A stretch of DNA of 64,000 nucleotides from a virus. A program made the position numbers and the translations under genes. Under the pieces are notes generated by a model. That model did no database searches and was not told the DNA's origin. It worked only from the letters and a program-made list of their open reading frames with translations. Positions 58,570 to 64,000 of this stretch are shown here, piece by piece. Position 1 is the first letter of the stretch, and each line of letters opens with the position of its first letter. The stretch covers positions 21,064-85,063 of IMG/VR virus record IMGVR_UViG_3300044807_000022, one strand, 5' to 3'.

Positions 58570-59008
58570 CCGCCGACTACCCAACGATGGAGCAGGTCGA
58601 GGCCGACGACGTGACCGTCGAGCAACTGCTGGAGTGGAACCAGCACCTACCCGCGCCCGAGGAGGGCACCGAGGAGTACGAGGTCCTGGCCGCCATCGTG
58701 GCGAAGCTGCGCGGCATCCAGGCCGACGTGGCGCAGACGGACGGCGCAGAGCTTCCGCATGCCGACCATCCCGGCTGGCCGTTCCAGTGAGCGGCGGCAT
58801 CGACATGAGCGCCTACCCGACCGCCGAGCAGGTGGAGGCGGCCGACGTGCGCCAGCTACTCGGGTGGGTGCGGGGCCTGCCCTCGCCCGACGACGAGCAC
58901 CGGCCACTGCTGGACCGGATCATCGAGCGCATGCAGGCGCTCCGCGAGCAGGACCCGAGCGCGTACGTCTCCGCGTCGAAGTCGCTGATGCGGGGGCCGG
59001 GCGAATGA
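58566..59008 (+). CDS. Tandem paralogous small proteins (58566-58790, 58805-59008)
   Basis: Both YPT.EQVEA.D...QLL.W...LP.P..E. Confidence 0.6.
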
Positions 59009-59541
59009 GGGACGAGGACGACACGCCGACGTGGAAGGCTGGGGCGACCTGGAAGGAGGGAAGCCCTGACGACAGTTCCGCGATCCACGGTCGAGCGATC
59101 CACGCCTACATCGAGGACCTGGCACGCAGGGACGCGCTGACTCGCGAGGGTCAGACCTACAAGTGGCTCCGCGACCACTGGCCGTGGTACCTGCGCTGGG
59201 CGATGGGCTATCCGCGCGCCATCGCAGTGCTCGACCGGCTCGGCCTCGTCACACTGCCGGTGTTCGTGGACCAGCGGGACGCGCCCGGCGTCATCAGCAT
59301 GGAGCGTGCGCTGGAGGTAGTCGGAGTTCCACAACCGTTGAAGCCTTCAACTAACGCGTGGACGATTCAGGTCTACGGGTACGACGTGAAGCTGCACGCT
59401 CGCGCCTGGGCGCTCGGGCCGGACGGCCAGCGGATCGACGTGACCCTGACGCCGGGCATGTTCGACGGTCACGCCTGCCTGATCCTTGACCCCGGCCCCG
59501 TGGCCGAGGCGATCAACGAGTGGGAGCTACGCGGGCGCTAG
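59005..59541 (+). CDS. Hypothetical protein
   Basis: Coupled ORF. Confidence 0.5.
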   Translation: MRDEDDTPTWKAGATWKEGSPDDSSAIHGRAIHAYIEDLARRDALTREGQTYKWLRDHWPWYLRWAMGYPRAIAVLDRLGLVTLPVFVDQRDAPGVISMERALEVVGVPQPLKPSTNAWTIQVYGYDVKLHARAWALGPDGQRIDVTLTPGMFDGHACLILDPGPVAEAINEWELRGR

Positions 59542-59565
59542 GTTCCGTCCGGCGGCCTGCCTACG

Positions 59566-60132
59566 GTGGCCGCCATGAACTTCACACGCGAGCAACTTGA
59601 CGCCGAGCTTCACCGCTTCGTTCACCTGGCCTCCGTAGCCGACCTCCGCGACCTTGCCGAGCGCAAGGGGCAGGGCGTGATCGGCGCGCCGCTCATCCTG
59701 GCGATGGGCTCGCGCGAGACCGGCCTGTCGAACATCGCGGGCGACCACGGCCACGGGCGCGGCACCTGGCAGCAGGACGACCGCTTCCAGACCGACTGGC
59801 TGCGCCACCAGCGCGGCTGCCGCTCGGGCACGAACACGCCGCTGCGCGGCCACACGGCGCTGGAGCCCGGCTTCGTGCCGACCGTCGCCGCCGGGGCCGA
59901 CCGCCTGGTCACGATCTTCGTCGGCAACTACGTCTTCGTGCGCAAGCAGGGCTTCAGCGCGAAGACGGCCCGCAAGATCGTCGTGTCCTCGTACAACGCC
60001 GGTCTGACCGGCGCGCTGAACGGCCAACGGCAGTTCGGGGATTCCGACCACAACACGGCGCACGGCGACTACGCCAAGGACGTGCTCGCTCGGGCCGTCG
60101 TCTTCTCCTCGCTGCTCAAGAAGATCAAGTAG
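59566..60132 (+). CDS. Goose-type (GH23) lysozyme, probable endolysin
   Basis: SRET (catalytic E), GDHGHGRGTWQQDDR, SYNAG, DHNTAHGDYAKDVLARA. Confidence 0.8.
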   Translation: MAAMNFTREQLDAELHRFVHLASVADLRDLAERKGQGVIGAPLILAMGSRETGLSNIAGDHGHGRGTWQQDDRFQTDWLRHQRGCRSGTNTPLRGHTALEPGFVPTVAAGADRLVTIFVGNYVFVRKQGFSAKTARKIVVSSYNAGLTGALNGQRQFGDSDHNTAHGDYAKDVLARAVVFSSLLKKIK

Positions 60133-60170
60133 TCTTCACCGCTGGTAGGTGAACCAGCGGAGGAGGAGAC

Positions 60171-60557
60171 ATGCCCCCAGGAATGACGTTGCGAGACGCG
60201 TACGAGCACGTCCAGCACCGCAAGGAACAGGCCAGCTTCGATGAGTGGCCCCCGGCGCTGGTGCCGACCGTCTCGCTGGTGGCGCGCAAGGTCCGAGACC
60301 AACTCGGCACGACCGACCCTCGGGTGATCGAATCCACCATGAACGGCATGGCGTGGGTCTGCCAGATGCTCTACGAGGAGAACATGGACCCCGAGGAGGC
60401 CATGGACGTGCCGATGGACCTGTCGCGCAACGTCCTCGGCACGCTCCCGCCCGCCCTGGTCGAACGGCTCACCCTGCGGCAGGCCGTCGATCTTGGCATC
60501 GGCGCGGGGTTCTTCACCGGCCTGTGGATGGGCGTGCTCATGCGTGACGCGGTGTGA
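60171..60557 (+). CDS. Hypothetical protein with C-terminal hydrophobic helix
   Basis: GGAGGAGG RBS. Confidence 0.55.
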   Translation: MPPGMTLRDAYEHVQHRKEQASFDEWPPALVPTVSLVARKVRDQLGTTDPRVIESTMNGMAWVCQMLYEENMDPEEAMDVPMDLSRNVLGTLPPALVERLTLRQAVDLGIGAGFFTGLWMGVLMRDAV

Positions 60558-60742
60558 GCACGCCGCTCACGCCGGAACCGCTCGACGCCAAGGCGCTCGC
60601 GGCGATCATCGGCTACAAGCCTGAGAAGGGCAAGGTCGTCGTGCTGCACGGCGACCGCACGTTCTGGCTGCACGATGGGCTCTGGTACGACTACGAGCAG
60701 GCAGGGGAAAGTCCCGACGACAGTTCGTAGATTACCCCTGAC

Positions 60743-61222
60743 GTGACGGACAAGGAACGAATCGCCACCCTCCTGCGCCAAGGCTTCAGCGCCATCGCCA
60801 TCGCGGCGATTCTGAACACCGACCTGGCGACCATCGACGCCGTGCAAGTGGGCGACGGCGAGTTGCCGGACTCCGGTGGCGGCGGCGGTGTCGAGCCCGG
60901 CCCCTGGCACGCGTTCGCGCACACCGGCCCTGGCCCCGGTACCTGGTGGAACGGCTTCACCGATGCCCCCGAGACGCCGGTCCTGTATCGCCGCACGGGC
61001 GACCTGATCGAAATGACCGGCATCGCGTCCGGCGGCACCGCGAGCCCCGGCAACGCCATCGTCGCCTTCCCGGTGGACATACTGCCGTCCGGCGACGTGT
61101 ACTTCGATGAGGCGGACCTGCGGGTTCACATCATCGAGGGCGTGGCCTACCTCGTCGTGATCGACGGCGACGGCGCGCCGTATGACCTGAGTGTCGTCAG
61201 CTTCCTAGCGCCAGAGGAGTAG
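60743..61222 (+). CDS. Modular protein A: shared N-module plus fibre-tip-like domain
   Basis: Paralogous N-terminus with 61227; YRRTGDLIEMTG...FPVDILP. Confidence 0.55.
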   Translation: MTDKERIATLLRQGFSAIAIAAILNTDLATIDAVQVGDGELPDSGGGGGVEPGPWHAFAHTGPGPGTWWNGFTDAPETPVLYRRTGDLIEMTGIASGGTASPGNAIVAFPVDILPSGDVYFDEADLRVHIIEGVAYLVVIDGDGAPYDLSVVSFLAPEE

Positions 61223-61226
61223 GACC

Positions 61227-61700
61227 GTGGCAACCGACGCAGAACGCATCAGCACGCTCCTCCGTCAGGGGTTCAGTGCCGACGCCATCGCCGCGCTCCT
61301 CGACACGGACCTGGCGACCGTTCACGACGTGCAGGTGGGCGACGGCGAGTTGCCCGCGTCGGGCGGTGGGGGTAGCGGACTCGTCGTCGGCACCTGGGAG
61401 ACCAGGGAGGACCTGCCCTCGACGCTCGACGGCGACGGGTACGACCTCGCCGGGGTCGAGGGGGCGAGCGAGCTTGAGTTCCAGTGGGTGGGGCAGCCGA
61501 GCGCCAGCGGCGGCTTCTCGATCACCGACGCGGACACCAGCGAGGAGTACGGCTTCGACATGCAGTCGTTCGGGGACTGGACCCCGCTGATGACGATACG
61601 GTGCATCGTCCCGCCGGGGGCCGACGTGCATATCCAGCCGATGTTCGGCGCGACCGACAGCTTCGTCTCCCAGCGGCTTCGCCGCCGCACCCTCAGCTAG
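61227..61700 (+). CDS. Modular protein B: shared N-module plus a different beta domain
   Basis: Paralogous N-terminus with 60743. Confidence 0.55.
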   Translation: MATDAERISTLLRQGFSADAIAALLDTDLATVHDVQVGDGELPASGGGGSGLVVGTWETREDLPSTLDGDGYDLAGVEGASELEFQWVGQPSASGGFSITDADTSEEYGFDMQSFGDWTPLMTIRCIVPPGADVHIQPMFGATDSFVSQRLRRRTLS

Positions 61701-61761
61701 ACTGCCCGCTGGCGGCGGCCCGTGAGGGCGGCTTCTAACTGGCTGGCGAACTGGAGGGGTG

Positions 61762-63988
61762 ATGGCAGAGACGATCTTCGAGCGCGCGTCACGGCGTGCG
61801 AAGGGGCGCGGGCTCGGTGGCGGGAACGCGGTCCGGAGCCGCCCTGGCGACGACACGCGGCCCGGCCATGTCTGGGTCTGCCACCACTGCGCGTTCACGA
61901 CGACCGACGTGCAGGAGGCGCTGGAGCACCCGTACGCCGAGCCGGGCAACTTCACGCACTGGCTGCATGAGCATCCTCTCGGCAACCGGGGCATGCCCGC
62001 CGTCCGCGAGATTCACTCCAGCGACGTAGGTGGCTGCTACCTGTCGCCCATCCCGGCGGCCAGCGCATCGGACGATGCCAGGCGGTGGCGGGATCGAGCC
62101 AGCGCTGGCGGGGTCTTCTGACGTGCGAAGTTCTGACGGGAATCAGACGATGGTCAAGGTCTACGACGCGGCGACGAGCGACGGCAAGGCTCGCCTCACG
62201 ATCTGGGCCGAGAACCCGCCGCCGCCCGACGTGCTCGCGTTCTGGGAGTCGGGCCAGCGGGTCGCCGCGACCTACTGGATGGACGACGAGGGGCGGGTGG
62301 AGCCGTGCAGTACACCTACCGCCATCTGAACATCATCGTGTGCGGCGACGGGCGCAGGGTCTTCGACAAGGGCCTCAAGATCGTGCCGAGGACCGGCGGC
62401 GACAAGTGCGTGGTCGAGCTTTACCAGGACGGCGAGCTACTGGCGCGCGGCGTGGGCGACGACCTGAACCTCGCCGCCGACTTGGTGTGCCAGCAGGTGT
62501 TGCAGGAGGCCGCCAGTGCGTGACCCGGCCGTACTCATCGTTGTGCTCGTCCTCCTGCCGTTCGTGTTCGGTGGCCGTGGGAACCGTCGCCATGGGCGCT
62601 GGTAGCGTCCGAGGGCAGCGCCCGGACCTGATCGTCTACGACGAGGCCGTGGACGTGCCAGAGTCGCCATACAAGCTGGAGGAGCCGCCGGACAACCTGA
62701 AGGGCGCGTTCCTCTCGGGCACGCTGGTCCACACGTCGTTCTCGGGTGTGGCCTACATCAACATTCAGCGCGAGTGGGACGAATGGAAGGTGCGCCTGGA
62801 GAGGATCGCTCGCGAGCGCGGCATCCGCATGGGCCTGAAGGCATGGCTCGACACCGGGGCCACCGAGTCGAGGGCGCAGATGATCGTGCAACTGCAAGTG
62901 GACGATCCCGAGCTACCGGACGCGCACCGCGTGAAGACCTACCAGGCCATCGACGGCTGGCCGCAGGAGGCGATCTGGAAGGCGCTGCACGCGGCGGGCC
63001 TGGTGCTGGAGCGCGAGCTTCCATGAGCGCGATCCCGGAGCCCGAGCTACCGCGCCGGTTCGGCATGGACCAGCGCGCGCTCGCCGCCGCGAACATCATG
63101 CGGCGACAGCTTCACGCCGAACCGGCGCACCCCGTCGAGTACGGCTGCCAGTTCGAGTACGCGGAGGTCCTGCCGTCGCTCGTCGGCCTGCCGTCCGGCT
63201 GGCTGTGGATAGCCGACTCGGGGCGCTTCGAGCGGCCGTTCCTGGCTGGCGCGTTGGCGGTGATGGCGGTCCACCGCATGCGCGACCTGCTGCCAGGCGA
63301 GCGGCTGTGGATGCACCTGTACCCGGAGCCCATGCAGACCGGCGTCGGCATCGACCCGCGCACGCTCGTCATGCAGCCGTGGGTGTCCATCGACACGGAG
63401 CGGCAGGACTACGCGATCTGGAAGACGACGGGCGCGCTGTACGAGTCGGACCCCTGGGAGGGCGTGGCCGACGACCCGATCTGGGTGCCTCCCGCCGAGG
63501 CTGTCGAAAAGCTAACGGGAGTTACACCATTCGATCTGCCGGGACCGCCCAGCCTCTAATTGCGAAGCTCGCGGGTAAAGCCCCTGCAAACCGGCCGGGA
63601 CCGGGCGCGGGGCCAGCACGGGGTGGGCGATCTTGATACGTTCCCGCCGTCCAGTCAGCTACCCCAAAGGGGGCGCAGTATGGAAGCATCGCAGAGGACC
63701 GGCGGCACGGACGGAGGCCAGAAGACGTGGCTCCTCGGGTTCCAGTGGTCGTACGAAGGCATGACGCTGGACGAGGCTCGCGAGAAGGCCGAGCAGATCG
63801 CGGACTACGCCGAGGGCATCGGCGTGAACCGCGTAGCGGGGTCCGTGGCGAACGCGCGCGAGCGTGACGCCATCGAGTCGTTCGAGTTCGGCTCGCAGGA
63901 GCCGTTCCGCAACCAGCACGCGATCACGGGGCACTCCTCCGTGGCCGGGGCCATCGCCAGCGGGTCGGGAGCACGCCAGCCCGCATAG
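61762..63988 (+). CDS. Run of hypothetical genes (61762-62121, 62150-62329, 62305-62523, 62592-63026, 63023-63559, 63680-63988)
   Basis: RBS, coupling and codon bias. Confidence 0.5.
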
Positions 63989-64000
63989 GGGGCCGACGTG

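Larger units (their letters stand above)
114..63531. repeat. Dispersed 26-bp degenerate palindrome, at least 42 copies
   Basis: Examples: 5318 GAACTCGTAACGGCCGTTAGGGTTTC; 31435 GAACTCCTGACGACCGTTAGAGGTTC; 24992 GAAAGGCCAACGGCAGTTAGCAGTTC; 21209 GAAAGTCGAACTGCCGTCAGGGCTTC; 18342 TAACCCCTAACGGGAGTTAGGACTTC. Confidence 0.9.

Noticed and set aside
114-63531. Dispersed palindromes as a CRISPR array or REP/MITE insertions
   Set aside because: Copies are kilobases apart, degenerate, and in frame within genes with no sign of insertion
114-63531. Palindromes as active dif/lox/hix-type crossover sites
   Set aside because: Central bases vary between copies, and recombination among more than 40 intragenic sites would destroy the genome; a binding-only role is more plausible

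Overview
About 64 kb of a high-GC (roughly 70%) tailed siphovirus-type phage or prophage genome. An actinobacterial host is inferred from composition and gene style only. Layout: head and tail morphogenesis on + (1-19.8 kb, including a -1 frameshifted tail chaperone and a 1537-aa tape measure); recombination, replication, glycan-modification genes and a sigma factor on + (19.9-33.7 kb); an early-type leftward arm on - (33.7-51 kb: tyrosine recombinase, HTH-coiled-coil protein, RuvB-like ATPase, RavA/ViaA-like pair, many small genes); an atypical control region (51-53.8 kb: second sigma-like gene, phage-specific promoters, structured ncRNA); and small + genes including a goose-type lysozyme (53.8-64 kb). 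Terminase, portal, DNA polymerase, tRNAs, CRISPR and att sites were not seen. Most striking unexplained signal: a degenerate 26-bp palindrome (nAWnnn-nnRAYK-nn-MRTYnn-nnnWTn, typical form GAAnnnCTRACKGCMGTYAGnnnTTC). I found at least 42 exact copies by eye plus about 11 near-matches, roughly every 1-1.5 kb across all modules and mostly inside coding sequence. It overlaps three of four copies of a 36-bp promoter-like motif, and the fourth copy precedes a ~187-nt four-way-junction RNA. All protein calls come from motif recognition and synteny, not database searches.
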